NCBI RefSeq assembly: GCF_024400915.1
Contig: NZ_JAKSLX010000014.1
Source of the DNA: Treponema sp.
GTDB taxonomy: Bacteria > Spirochaetota > Spirochaetia > Treponematales > Treponemataceae
DNA: 64,000 nucleotides
Strand: one strand, 5' to 3'
The notes beneath the pieces are model-generated. The model was not told the DNA's origin. It saw only the letters and a list, made by a program, of their open reading frames with translations, and searched no databases. Below are positions 1 to 9,672 of the stretch, one piece after another. A program made the translations under genes and the position numbers. Within the stretch, counting starts at the first letter, position 1; the number at the start of each line of letters is the position of its first letter.

Positions 1-139
1 AATATTTTCTTGTCTGCTCCACAAAGGATGATGGATATTGGTAGTCGTCGCTCAGATCATTAACAATTCTCAGCATCTCCAGACGAATTCCAATCAAAGT
101 ATCCATGTCCGAACTGTCGGAAATCTTAAATTCAACCAT
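1..139 (-). CDS. hypothetical protein, N-terminal fragment; the gene continues past the left edge
   Basis: Not in the ORF track (<60 aa). Reverse-strand ATG at 139-137 with GGAG 5 nt upstream. The frame stays open to position 1 (MVEFKISDSSDMDTLIGIRLEMLRIVNDLSDDYQYPSSFVEQTRKY...). Function not assignable. Confidence 0.4.
   Translation of the reverse strand, partial: MVEFKISDSSDMDTLIGIRLEMLRIVNDLSDDYQYPSSFVEQTRKY
32..47 (+). repeat. isolated iteron-like 16-mer TGGATATTGGTAGTCG
   Basis: Fits the TGGAnnTnnGTAGTyr consensus of the 12.1-12.8 kb iteron field. The 15-mer is identical to the copy at 16484. It lies inside the partial CDS, where it reads D-Y-Q-Y-P. Confidence 0.6.
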
Positions 140-205
140 TTTTTCTCCTATTGTCTGTTATTCAAATCATCGAAATAAAATCTCAAACCTTATCCAAAAA
201 GGATT

Positions 206-1642
206 TCATTTTCCAGTCGAAATTCTCTTTATCCATTTTCTGCTTCGCAATCTGATCACACACCAGAAGGTTTTTACAATCTGGTCCGATTTTAGGCAGA
301 CATAAATCCAGAAGGCAGGAAGATGAAGAACAAATCCAGCAAGCAAACCCAACGGAATCGAAAGAATCCACAGGAAGACATTGTCCGCCAGCATAAGCAT
401 CTTTGTGTCACCGCCACCACGCAAGACACCCTTTGTCATGATGCTGTTGGTAGCCTGGAAAAGGACGATCAAGCTGATGGAAACCATAAGCTGCCTTGCA
501 ATGACAACTGTTTCTTCACTTACATTTTTATATGTGGCGATTATCGGATTGCTTACAAGAAGGATGAAGACTGCGGAAACTGCGCCCAGCGCAAAACCCA
601 ATCCAAGGAAAAGCCATCCCTGCTCCATTGTCTTTTCCTTGTCACCGGTTCCAAGTGTCTGGCCTGTAACAATCGCGCCTGCCTGACAGACACCCTGGAT
701 CATGACCGAACTGAGCTGCTGAGTAACACTTGTAATCGCATTCGCAGCGACGAACGCAGCCCCAAGATGTCCAATCACCATTGCCACAGAATTGTTACCA
801 AAAGCAAGAATGGCGTCGCTTATGAGAACAGGAATGCTTATCCGTATGTATTCGGAAATAAGTGTGCTGGTCTTCATGAAAAGGTCCTTTATCCTGAACC
901 GGATATTTTTGTCATAGATAAAAAGGTAAACAAGGATTACCGATGCCTCGAACAAACGGGAAATCAAAGTTCCAAGGGCAGCTCCCGCAACCTCCATCCG
1001 TGGCGCACCAAATTTTCCGAAAATAAGGATGTAGTTTGCTCCAAGGTTCACAAAAAAGGCGCCGATGGAAATGTACAATGGAAGCTTGACCTGTCCAACA
1101 CTTCTGAGGACGATTGTGATCACCAATGAAAGCCCCAAAAAGAAATATGTGACGACCGAGTAATCAAAATAGATTTTTCCAAGACGAATTATCTCTTCAT
1201 CCTGGGTGTACATGGTCATAAGTCTGGAAGGCATGAAAAGTGTAACAAGAGCAAAAATCAAGGCGATGGCAACAGTGATCCTGATAACAAGGCTTACAGT
1301 CTGTTTAAGGGCCCTGTCAGCTTTTTCCGGCTCCTCGCCAGCCTTTTTCATTCCCCAGTATCTGGAAACAAGGACAGAAGCTCCCATTCCCAAACCCATG
1401 CAGAGAATGTGGTATATTGAAATAAAGGAATTCGCAAGAGATGTGGCGGAAAGCGCAGATTCTCCAAGACTTCCCACCATGATCGTATCCAGCATGTTAA
1501 CGCCGATGCTGATCAGACTCTGAAGGGCAATCGGAAGGGCAAGCGCGAATATCTTTTTGTAAAAACCTGAATCATTAGAAAACAACTTCATAAAAAACTC
1601 TGAATTAAAAACTTTATGCTCATGAATATAGCATTTTTTCAA
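206..1642 (-). CDS. MATE family efflux transporter
   Basis: Multi-TM protein with the MATE N-terminal motif ALALPIALQSLISIGVNMLDTIMVG. Start uncertain (ATG 1642 or ATG 1591). Confidence 0.85.
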   Translation of the reverse strand: MKKCYIHEHKVFNSEFFMKLFSNDSGFYKKIFALALPIALQSLISIGVNMLDTIMVGSLGESALSATSLANSFISIYHILCMGLGMGASVLVSRYWGMKKAGEEPEKADRALKQTVSLVIRITVAIALIFALVTLFMPSRLMTMYTQDEEIIRLGKIYFDYSVVTYFFLGLSLVITIVLRSVGQVKLPLYISIGAFFVNLGANYILIFGKFGAPRMEVAGAALGTLISRLFEASVILVYLFIYDKNIRFRIKDLFMKTSTLISEYIRISIPVLISDAILAFGNNSVAMVIGHLGAAFVAANAITSVTQQLSSVMIQGVCQAGAIVTGQTLGTGDKEKTMEQGWLFLGLGFALGAVSAVFILLVSNPIIATYKNVSEETVVIARQLMVSISLIVLFQATNSIMTKGVLRGGGDTKMLMLADNVFLWILSIPLGLLAGFVLHLPAFWIYVCLKSDQIVKTFWCVIRLRSRKWIKRISTGK

Positions 1643-1780
1643 AGAAAATGAATTAGGGAAATATATGTAAAAAACGCAATCACAGGAACGGTAAAATCAA
1701 ATTTTGTAGGATAAGATACAGAAAACATTTTCTGTTTCTGATATCATTATCCCAACAGCTAATTACTACAGGAGCATTTT

Positions 1781-2608
1781 ATGGTATTCATCGGAAATCA
1801 TTTATCTTCTTCAAAAGGATTTTTGGCAATGGGAAAGGCGGCCACTGAATTAGGTGGAAACACTTTCGCATTCTTTACAAGAAATCCTCGTGGAGGCGCC
1901 GCCAAGGAAATCGAACCTGCGGATGCGGAAGCCCTGAACGCATATCTGGCGGAAAACGGATTCGGCAAGCTGGTAGCCCACGCCCCATATACAATGAATC
2001 TCTGCTCCGATAAAGCTGACATCCGGGAATTCGCAAAGAACATGCTGAAGGAAGATCTTCAGAGGATGGAATATACCCCAAACCAGTACTACAACTTTCA
2101 TCCAGGCTCTCATGTGGGACAGGGAATTGATGCTGCGATTCCTTTTATCGCCGATGCCTTGAATTTCGCGATGTTCGACGGGATGACCACCACGGTGCTG
2201 CTTGAAACAATGGCCGGCAAAGGAACTGAAGTCGGACGCACATTCCAGGAATTGAAACAGATAATGGATAGAGTTGACCAGAAATCAAATTTAGGCGTGT
2301 GCCTTGATACATGCCATGTCTGGGATGCAGGCTACGACATTTCTGATTTTGATGTTGTCCTGGATGAATTTGACGGAATAATCGGATTGGAAAACCTCAA
2401 GGCAATCCACCTGAATGACAGCATGAATCCTTTAGGTGCCCACAAGGACCGCCATGAAAAAATTGGAAAGGGATGCATCGGCTCATCTGTGCTGGAAAAG
2501 ATTATTAAGAATCCACGGGTTCAGGGACTTCCTTTCATCCTTGAAACACCAAATGAAGATGCAGGCTACAAGGCAGAAATCGCTTTGATCAAAACCTGGA
2601 TGATATAA
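1781..2608 (+). CDS. nfo: deoxyribonuclease IV (endonuclease IV, AP endonuclease family 2)
   Basis: Motifs HAPYTMNL, FHPGSH, LETMAGKGTE, CLDTCHVWDAGYD, IHLNDS and ILETP. AGGAG upstream of the ATG. Confidence 0.9.
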   Translation: MVFIGNHLSSSKGFLAMGKAATELGGNTFAFFTRNPRGGAAKEIEPADAEALNAYLAENGFGKLVAHAPYTMNLCSDKADIREFAKNMLKEDLQRMEYTPNQYYNFHPGSHVGQGIDAAIPFIADALNFAMFDGMTTTVLLETMAGKGTEVGRTFQELKQIMDRVDQKSNLGVCLDTCHVWDAGYDISDFDVVLDEFDGIIGLENLKAIHLNDSMNPLGAHKDRHEKIGKGCIGSSVLEKIIKNPRVQGLPFILETPNEDAGYKAEIALIKTWMI

Positions 2609-2698
2609 ATCGACTCCAGGTCTTCAGATTTTAATCCGGACATATTTCTGTCTCAAAGAAAATCACAGAATTCGAAATCGAAATTCTGGAATCCTCGG

Positions 2699-3004
2699 CT
2701 AGATCTCAAAATCAAGGCATGCTCTGGATGCTGTGTAGGGTCTTACCTTTGAATCTGCCACAGCTACATGTTCTGGATGCTTTGAATATCCTTTCAATGC
2801 TTCCACGCTTTCAAAAGTTGAATCCAGCATCAAGTCTGCTGTTGAGGAAGGTACACGGCCATCCGCATTTACCTTTATGTCAACCAATCCAGGAATCTTT
2901 CCCTGAAGACCTTCGAGTCCTTCCTTGATTCCTTTCTTAACGTTTGCCTTCTCCTCTTCTGAAAGTTCAGCCTTCAATGTCCACAAAATAATATGTTTAA
3001 CCAT
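2699..3004 (-). CDS. Dabb family (stress-responsive alpha/beta barrel) protein
   Basis: 101 aa starting MVKHIILW, with the typical Dabb length and pattern. GAGG upstream. Confidence 0.75.
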   Translation of the reverse strand: MVKHIILWTLKAELSEEEKANVKKGIKEGLEGLQGKIPGLVDIKVNADGRVPSSTADLMLDSTFESVEALKGYSKHPEHVAVADSKVRPYTASRACLDFEI

Positions 3005-3049
3005 TTCTACAACCTCTAGAATATTATATCAAAAAAAATTCAATCATTA

Positions 3050-3739
3050 CTATCTGTCACAAAGGAAATGTGTGTTTCCGGATTTATAAAGCATCACCTG
3101 ATTTCCAAACATGTCGATCGGATTTCCTTCCGCCCTGCCCCCAACCACATTCTCTGCTCCAGCAATCATCTGTTCAATGAAATCCTTGTTCAGCGGAATT
3201 GTTCCATGGGAAGGGAAAATCTCCTTAATCTCAGGTTCACGACTGCGCAAATCCTTGAGGCTCTTTATATAAAACTCCATATTTCTTCTTGGTCCGAACA
3301 TAAAGACATTTCCATCCTGGATTGGATCTCCACTAAAAAGGATTCCGCTGTTCCTATCAAGGACTGCAATGCTTCCAGGTGTGTGTCCGGCAAGCTCGAT
3401 TATTTCAAGAGGACGGTTTCCAAGATCAAGCACATCGCCGCCATTTACAGGGACAATCCTTCCATTTCCATCATGACCGCGATAATTGTCCTCTTCCTTT
3501 GGATTCATGTAGAATTCCTCGAATTCCTTGTTGCTGCCAATATGATCCGGATCGGCATGGGTATTTAAAAGCTTCAACGGCAACTCCGTGATTTCCAGGG
3601 CAGCTTCTCTTGCTTTTCCAATCATCATGCCTGTATCAATAAGAAGAGCTTCCTTTTCACCGGTGAGAAGGAAAAATCTCACGCCATTCTCCTCGAATCT
3701 CCAGGTGTTCTCATTCATCTTTATGACATCATATTCCAT
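3050..3739 (-). CDS. MBL-fold metallo-hydrolase
   Basis: Metal-binding motif NTHADPDHIG. Start moved from 3820 to ATG 3739, which has AGGAGG upstream; the longer ORF would overlap the upstream gene. Confidence 0.8.
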   Translation of the reverse strand: MEYDVIKMNENTWRFEENGVRFFLLTGEKEALLIDTGMMIGKAREAALEITELPLKLLNTHADPDHIGSNKEFEEFYMNPKEEDNYRGHDGNGRIVPVNGGDVLDLGNRPLEIIELAGHTPGSIAVLDRNSGILFSGDPIQDGNVFMFGPRRNMEFYIKSLKDLRSREPEIKEIFPSHGTIPLNKDFIEQMIAGAENVVGGRAEGNPIDMFGNQVMLYKSGNTHFLCDR

Positions 3740-3749
3740 ATCTTTCCTC

Positions 3750-4625
3750 CTAAAAATCAAACAGCAGCTGTTGTGGCTTCTCCTGTTCCGGAAAATCCCG
3801 CATATATCCAAAAATCTCATCCGGCTTATTCATAATACCATTTCTTCCGCAAAAATCATTGAAACGTCTGGTCAAATTCCAATAATCCGGACTTGAAAGC
3901 TCGTAGGCATTCCAACCGAATCTATCAAGATATCTTTGCTTAAGTCCCGGAAAATGCTTGTCCAGAGCGGCGTAATAATATTCCCGGTCTCCTTCCCGCA
4001 ATGTAAGTCCCATTCCAAAGGCAATGATGCCCACAACCTTGGCTTCGAGACAATAATCCAGGATTCCGTTCAGATTTTCCATCGTATCGTTCAGATAAGG
4101 CAGAACAGGTGTCATCCAAACAACCGTAGGGATTCCATGGTCACGGAAGATTTTAAGAGCCTCGAAGCGTTCCCGGGTGGTGCTGACATTTGGTTCCACG
4201 ATGCGGCAAAGATTCTCGTCATAGGTTGTGAGCGTCATCTGAACCACGCATTTTGCTTTTTTGTTGATGGATTCCAGAAGATCCAAATCCCTTAAGATTC
4301 TGGTGGATTTTGTCTGGATCGCAAGACCAAAACCATAATGGTCAATGATCTCCAGGCATTTTCTGGTGAGACCCAGCTTTTCTTCCAGATGGATGTAAGG
4401 ATCGCTCATGGATCCGGTGCCGATCATGCATTTTTTCCGCTTGCGTTTGAGCGCGTCCTCCAATAGTTCAGGCGCATTGACCTTTATCTCAATGTCCTCA
4501 AAGGGTTCCGGAGTATGATAGCATTTTGATCTGGCATCGCAATAAATGCAGCCATGGGTACAGCCCCGATACAGATTCATTCCGTTCTGGGCCGACAATA
4601 TGGATTTTGCGTTTATCTCGTGCAA
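3750..4625 (-). CDS. radical SAM protein (SPL-like family)
   Basis: CxxxCxxC cluster motif CTHGCIYC near the N-terminus. TTG start 6 nt after the esterase stop. Confidence 0.8.
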   Translation of the reverse strand: MHEINAKSILSAQNGMNLYRGCTHGCIYCDARSKCYHTPEPFEDIEIKVNAPELLEDALKRKRKKCMIGTGSMSDPYIHLEEKLGLTRKCLEIIDHYGFGLAIQTKSTRILRDLDLLESINKKAKCVVQMTLTTYDENLCRIVEPNVSTTRERFEALKIFRDHGIPTVVWMTPVLPYLNDTMENLNGILDYCLEAKVVGIIAFGMGLTLREGDREYYYAALDKHFPGLKQRYLDRFGWNAYELSSPDYWNLTRRFNDFCGRNGIMNKPDEIFGYMRDFPEQEKPQQLLFDF

Positions 4626-4631
4626 TTATGT

Positions 4632-5405
4632 TTATCCAAAAATCTCAGGAATGAATTTGCGGACGCATTTATCCCAGAATGGCATGTCATGTGTGCCTGA
4701 ATCTTCCCAATAGACATGTGCCACCTTGTTGTCCTCAAGGAATTTATTGAAATCCCTGTTATTCTCCAGAAGGAAATCCTCTGTTCCGCAGGCCATGTAG
4801 ATTGCAGGCATCTGTTTCTTTTCTTCCATGATTTTCCTTACCAGAATTTCAGGATTGTTTTCGCTTTCATGGACTTTCTCAAGGTCGCCAAAGCATTCAC
4901 GGTAATATTCGTAGTTGGCATGGCTGTCTGGTGTTCCAGGTTTCATTCCTGTAATCTTCTTTATGATCAATGCTGAAGAAAGAGCGATTGTGGTTCCAAA
5001 AGTTTCAGGATAGGCAAAGGCTGTATGAAGGGCACCAAATCCGCCCATGGAAAGTCCCATGATATATGTGTCTTCCCTCTTTTTTGCAAGGCCAAAATTC
5101 TTTCTGATATATCCGATTATCTCTTCACCGATAAGCGACTGGAAACGATGTCCTGTGGAAATTCCATTCAACCAGAATCCATTCTCGCCGTTTGGAATAA
5201 CGATCGCAAAATTGTATTTGTTTGCGAATTCCTCTGGAATCCAGTTTCCCGCATCCCCTGTATAGCCGTGAAGCAGCAGCAAGGTTTTGATTGGACGCTT
5301 TGTATATTCTGTTTCCTGATCAACGTAATCGTTTGGAAGGATCACCTGAAAAGAAATGTTGCGGATAAGGCAACGAGAAAAATATTTTACTGTTAATTGA
5401 CTCAT
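4632..5405 (-). CDS. alpha/beta hydrolase, esterase family
   Basis: Nucleophile elbow GLSMGG; esterase D/tributyrin-esterase-like layout. Confidence 0.75.
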   Translation of the reverse strand: MSQLTVKYFSRCLIRNISFQVILPNDYVDQETEYTKRPIKTLLLLHGYTGDAGNWIPEEFANKYNFAIVIPNGENGFWLNGISTGHRFQSLIGEEIIGYIRKNFGLAKKREDTYIMGLSMGGFGALHTAFAYPETFGTTIALSSALIIKKITGMKPGTPDSHANYEYYRECFGDLEKVHESENNPEILVRKIMEEKKQMPAIYMACGTEDFLLENNRDFNKFLEDNKVAHVYWEDSGTHDMPFWDKCVRKFIPEIFG

Positions 5406-5515
5406 CTATTTTTTCCTTATGTTGTAGACTTATAATTTCCTTCATTATAAATCCGATTGCAGAAATTTTCCATTTTTTAAGAATTCAAGGCATCCAATAT
5501 TGCTGACATAAAAAA

Positions 5516-6205
5516 TCACAGCTTTTCTGGGCTTATGATTTTGAGCCCGTCTTCCTGAACATCACAACAAAGACAGAGTATCTGGACTCCGGCTTTTTTC
5601 GCGTCTTCAAGAGCCTTTCCAAATTCGGCATGGGTCTGCAAATTCGGTCTGACTTCAGTCACTCCGGGAATCTGGACAACAAATGCGATATAGCATTCAA
5701 ATCCATTCTGCTGGGCCTGGGCCAATTCCTTCAGATGCTTCACTCCCCTTTCTGTTGGTGCATCAGGAAAATATCCAATCCCATCAAATTCAAGCGTACA
5801 GCCCTTAACTTCCATAAGACATTTCTTAGTCTGACCTTCAGAATCCTTTTCAAAATAGAAATCAATTCTGGAATTACCATATGTGAATTCAGGTTTTACC
5901 CCAAAGACTTCCTGCTGACCAAGCCATTCAAGGACCACTTTGTTCGGAGCCTGGCTGTCCATATTTATAAGGATTTCTCCACTTTCCGTCTTTTTATAAA
6001 CCGCGATTATGTCAAAACCTGTCTTTCTTGTTGCGACTCCCCTGCAATCCTCAAGGATCACAATGCAGCCGGGAACAAGAAGCTCTCTGCATCGGCCCGT
6101 GTTCTTTACATGGACCGTTTCGGTTTTTCCCTCAATCTGCACATGGGCAATAAAACGGTTGGGCCTGTCCATGAATCTGCCTGTAACGATTTTTGCGTAC
6201 TTCAT
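5516..6205 (-). CDS. sfsA: sugar fermentation stimulation protein SfsA
   Basis: Family pattern along the whole length (RPNRFIAHV, VHVKNTGRCRELL, GYFPDAPTERGVKHLKEL). Confidence 0.85.
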   Translation of the reverse strand: MKYAKIVTGRFMDRPNRFIAHVQIEGKTETVHVKNTGRCRELLVPGCIVILEDCRGVATRKTGFDIIAVYKKTESGEILINMDSQAPNKVVLEWLGQQEVFGVKPEFTYGNSRIDFYFEKDSEGQTKKCLMEVKGCTLEFDGIGYFPDAPTERGVKHLKELAQAQQNGFECYIAFVVQIPGVTEVRPNLQTHAEFGKALEDAKKAGVQILCLCCDVQEDGLKIISPEKL

Positions 6206-6206
6206 T

Positions 6207-6680
6207 CTAATTTAAAACTATTCCCTTTATTTGCAGGATTATGTTCTCCGCTTCCTTCTTTTCCATTTCTTCAAGATGATTAAAGATCAGGCAGGCTTTT
6301 CCATCCCATTCGAATTCTTCCGGTTTAAAGAATTCCCTCAGATAAACCTGGGCAACATGATTCGCGCAAGAATGGCAGGTGTAAAGATCCTTTAAGACCT
6401 CCGCCTGCTGAATGTCCTGGATATCCGGAATTTTAAGTTCTGTCTTCATGAATTGATGGATTATTCTTGCCCCTGTCCTTCGGTTGACCGGATTTTCGCA
6501 GTATCGCTCATCCTCATCTTCCAGCCAGCCTTTTTTCCGTCCGTAGCTGAACATTTCCAAATCACAATCCTGCCCCTGAATTCCAGTTTTTTCAGCAAGG
6601 TTAAAATTGCTCCAAAGAAGATGAATAAATTCCTTTACCGAAAAGAGGCTTTCATTTTCAGGGGCTGCATTTGGATTCAT
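6207..6680 (-). CDS. hypothetical protein
   Basis: 157-aa ORF packed between the alpha-galactosidase and sfsA genes on the same strand. No family recognised. Confidence 0.5.
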   Translation of the reverse strand: MNPNAAPENESLFSVKEFIHLLWSNFNLAEKTGIQGQDCDLEMFSYGRKKGWLEDEDERYCENPVNRRTGARIIHQFMKTELKIPDIQDIQQAEVLKDLYTCHSCANHVAQVYLREFFKPEEFEWDGKACLIFNHLEEMEKKEAENIILQIKGIVLN

Positions 6681-6688
6681 GACAGAAA

Positions 6689-8476
6689 CTATGCTCTTGG
6701 AGTTACTCTGACCGTAACATTGTCACAAGGAGCCACAACACCAAATTCATAAGTATCATCAATTTCCACAGTTTCTTTTGTCCACAGATCTGTGACGGTG
6801 TATTTTGTAGCCTGCTTAAAAAGCACAGGAGTTTTCTTTCCAAGCCTGTTCTTAAGGAACTCCATGTTCAGCACAAAATTTTCTGATTCATTCCTGTCAC
6901 TGAGATTTATGAACGAAACTGCCACGCTTCCATCACACAGAGGCTTTGCGATCACATCAGACCGTTCGTCATCTGTGATGTATTCAGCAGCAGGATTCTG
7001 ATGCTCATCCAGAATACTTGACCAGATTCGTTTTGCCTGCACACCAAGAGAATCCTGATTGACATTTATCAGATCCTTGTTTGTGATTATTTCGTAAATT
7101 TCATCACCCTTGACCACACGACGCAGATCAAGACCGAGCATCAATGGAGAATTCATCATGCACCACATGGCAAAATGAGTTCTGTTCATTGTGGATGTAA
7201 GACCATTCATTCCGATCATGAGCATATCAGGATCGTTCCAGCCTTTATCAAGACCGGCAAACTTATCCATGATCACAGCCTTATTGTACTGTGAACAGAC
7301 ACTTTGGGTTCCAGGATTGTTCCATTCACCAAAACCTGCATCACCATCCGAACCGACGCGGAAAGTGATGTCATTCAGAATTCTCCAGGAATCTCCGACT
7401 TTATATCCCCAGTTCTGTGGCTGAGTCTTTCCCCATTCACAGATGGAAAGCAAAATATCATGGTCTGGATCAGCCTCATTCAAGCCTTCAAGCATTGCGG
7501 CATAAGCGCAAAGTGTATTTTCCTGGCGGCGGTGATTCATTATCCTGATCTGGTTGTTCCCCTGAAGCAGACTTACCGGAATTTTATCCGACTTGACAAA
7601 ATGATTCTTGGATTCGGTTTCAGGAAGCATGTCATCAAAGAAGACATTGGCATCATCTCCAATTCCTGTGGCAAGCTGTAGCCAGCAGCCTGTTCCATTT
7701 TCCTTTCCGGTGGCATATTCAACCTGGACCGTATACTCGCCATCATCAGGAATCTCAGCATTAAAAAGCAATTCCCCGCTTCTTGTTCCTACAGGAGAAG
7801 TTCCGGTATTTGTGCCGTCAAACGTTCCAATGTTTGTTGCGTAGCCATCTTTTTCTTCAACGCCATTTCCACTGATCTCACCATCCACCGCAACTGAATA
7901 ATGCCGGGAGAATCCGTTTCCTTCTATAATTATGGATTTGATGTTTGGAGCATAGACATATTTTGCGTTTTCTGGATTTGAGAAAGTCGCATTGTCCCAA
8001 AGGAAATAGCAGTTGTCTATCTTAAGGAAATCAACACCCCAATCCACATAAGATTTTCCATCAGTTTTTTCGTGACCGCAGGTTCCAACAGCAGCTCCGG
8101 CACAAAGATTTGTACCAATATCATTGTACATTCCAAATTTCAAGTTCTTCGAATGGATGTAGTCCGCCAAAGCCTTGAATCCACCTGGAAATTTAATCTC
8201 GTCATTCTCCAGTTTTCCATTGATTCGTTCTGATTTATAGCAACCATCATCAAGAACCACATATTTATATCCAAGCTTGTCCAATCCCAATGCTACAATC
8301 TGATCCGCCATCGCTTTTGTAAGCAATTCTGTGTTTCCGCTTCCAAAGGCATTCCAGCTGTTCCATCCCATTGCCGGAAGACGATTCTTTTTTTTGTTCA
8401 ACAAAACTTTTCCGTTGGTAAAGGAATCAAAACGATATGCGTTGTCTGTAATTTTTTCTGGTGCTGTAAGGCTCAT
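6689..8476 (-). CDS. alpha-galactosidase, GH27, with a large internal insertion
   Basis: GH27 motifs GWNSWNAFG, VVLDDGC, DFLKIDNC and SICEWG. Start moved to ATG 8476 (AGGAGG upstream, MSLTAPEK). No signal peptide. Confidence 0.85.
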   Translation of the reverse strand: MSLTAPEKITDNAYRFDSFTNGKVLLNKKKNRLPAMGWNSWNAFGSGNTELLTKAMADQIVALGLDKLGYKYVVLDDGCYKSERINGKLENDEIKFPGGFKALADYIHSKNLKFGMYNDIGTNLCAGAAVGTCGHEKTDGKSYVDWGVDFLKIDNCYFLWDNATFSNPENAKYVYAPNIKSIIIEGNGFSRHYSVAVDGEISGNGVEEKDGYATNIGTFDGTNTGTSPVGTRSGELLFNAEIPDDGEYTVQVEYATGKENGTGCWLQLATGIGDDANVFFDDMLPETESKNHFVKSDKIPVSLLQGNNQIRIMNHRRQENTLCAYAAMLEGLNEADPDHDILLSICEWGKTQPQNWGYKVGDSWRILNDITFRVGSDGDAGFGEWNNPGTQSVCSQYNKAVIMDKFAGLDKGWNDPDMLMIGMNGLTSTMNRTHFAMWCMMNSPLMLGLDLRRVVKGDEIYEIITNKDLINVNQDSLGVQAKRIWSSILDEHQNPAAEYITDDERSDVIAKPLCDGSVAVSFINLSDRNESENFVLNMEFLKNRLGKKTPVLFKQATKYTVTDLWTKETVEIDDTYEFGVVAPCDNVTVRVTPRA

Positions 8477-8671
8477 CTGTGTACCTCCTAAAAAATCTGT
8501 TGGCAGCGACAAAAAAAGCGAACTGCATTCACAGCAGGCTTGATTAAGTCTGCATAAATTGTAATGCAATTCGCAAGTTTATAATATAAAAATCTTCAGT
8601 TTTCACTCGGAATTTTGTACTTATGTCGTTCTATGTTCCTGTTTTGTAAAATCCAATGGAAATCACGGTAT

Positions 8672-9172
8672 TCAATCTTCCAGAAGCATTGGCATCAGCA
8701 CCTTAAGGATTTCTCCTGCGACTACCAGTTTGTATGCCAGCCTGGTTGGCTGAGGCTCCAGTTCCACAAAAAACGAAGATGTTTTTCCATGCAGGCAGAT
8801 CGAAAAATAAACCTGTCCAGGAACTGACGCATCGGAATTTGCAGGATCTATGTTTCCCATGGTGCCTGTGACTCCAATTCCAATGTCTGCATCATAAGCT
8901 TTTCTGCAGGCTTCAGCCATTGCGGCGGAAGTCTCCTTTGAATACACGGAATATTTTTCGATGATCTGAGGATCCACTCCCTGCTGAATTTTGGCTTCAT
9001 TGCTGTAGGTGACAAACGCACCTTTTATGATGGCAGAGGAACCTTCTGTATCAGTCAGCAAGGATGCTATCTGGCCGGAAGTCGCGCTTTCCATTGTGGT
9101 GATTGTCATTTTCTTCGCAATCAAAAGCTTTGTGAGTTCCGAATATCCATTTCTGATTTCCGTTTCGTTCAT
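8672..9172 (-). CDS. CinA-family protein (PncC-like NMN amidohydrolase domain)
   Basis: 166 aa with the CinA C-terminal domain pattern (ESATSGQIASLLT, VTYSNEAK, IGVTG). Confidence 0.8.
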   Translation of the reverse strand: MNETEIRNGYSELTKLLIAKKMTITTMESATSGQIASLLTDTEGSSAIIKGAFVTYSNEAKIQQGVDPQIIEKYSVYSKETSAAMAEACRKAYDADIGIGVTGTMGNIDPANSDASVPGQVYFSICLHGKTSSFFVELEPQPTRLAYKLVVAGEILKVLMPMLLED

Positions 9173-9266
9173 CTTTAATTTCCCGGATTATAAATATTTG
9201 ACTACATCTTCCAATTTTCGCTTTGGAACCACATAATCTTTGTTTTCATCTTAGATTTGACGATGA

Positions 9267-9644
9267 CTATTCGTCATCCTCGTCTTCGTAATCATCATCT
9301 ATAAAAAGATTCAGAAGCTCTTCGATTTTTCCGTATTCTTCCATATCCTTTTTATACTGTTCCTGATCATCTTCTGCGGCAATCACGAAATTTCCGGCAT
9401 AATCAAACAAGGCTTCATAGACAACATCTATAAGCTCCTCGTCAAGCCCGGCAAGGTCATCCAGATCATTAATTTCTGAAAGCACTTCGCCAAGATTCTG
9501 TATCATGTCGCTGTAATCTTCCAGAAGCTCTTTTTCAGATGGATTAGTTTTTTCTATATACAACACACAATCTTTGTATTCTTCCAAAATGATTCCAAGA
9601 GATTTAAGCAAAAACTCATCAAGCTCCTGATCTTCCATAGACAT
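9267..9644 (-). CDS. hypothetical, extremely acidic small protein
   Basis: 125 aa, very rich in D/E, with tail DDDYEDEDDE. GGGAG upstream. The start could be the third codon (ATG 9638). Confidence 0.6.
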   Translation of the reverse strand: MSMEDQELDEFLLKSLGIILEEYKDCVLYIEKTNPSEKELLEDYSDMIQNLGEVLSEINDLDDLAGLDEELIDVVYEALFDYAGNFVIAAEDDQEQYKKDMEEYGKIEELLNLFIDDDYEDEDDE

Positions 9645-9672
9645 CTCCCAAAAAAGTGGATTTTAGTAGTTG

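Noticed and set aside
323-1129. 268-aa plus-strand ORF opposite the first MATE gene
   Set aside because: It is a shadow ORF. The minus-strand product is a complete multi-TM MATE protein.
2657-2679. Palindrome CAGAATT-CGAAATCGA-AATTCTG between the convergent nfo and Dabb genes, as a terminator
   Set aside because: The stem is a 7-bp A/T-rich helix with no adjacent T-run on either strand, which is too weak to call.
5630-6283. 217-aa ORF antisense to sfsA
   Set aside because: It is a shadow ORF opposite a well-supported gene.
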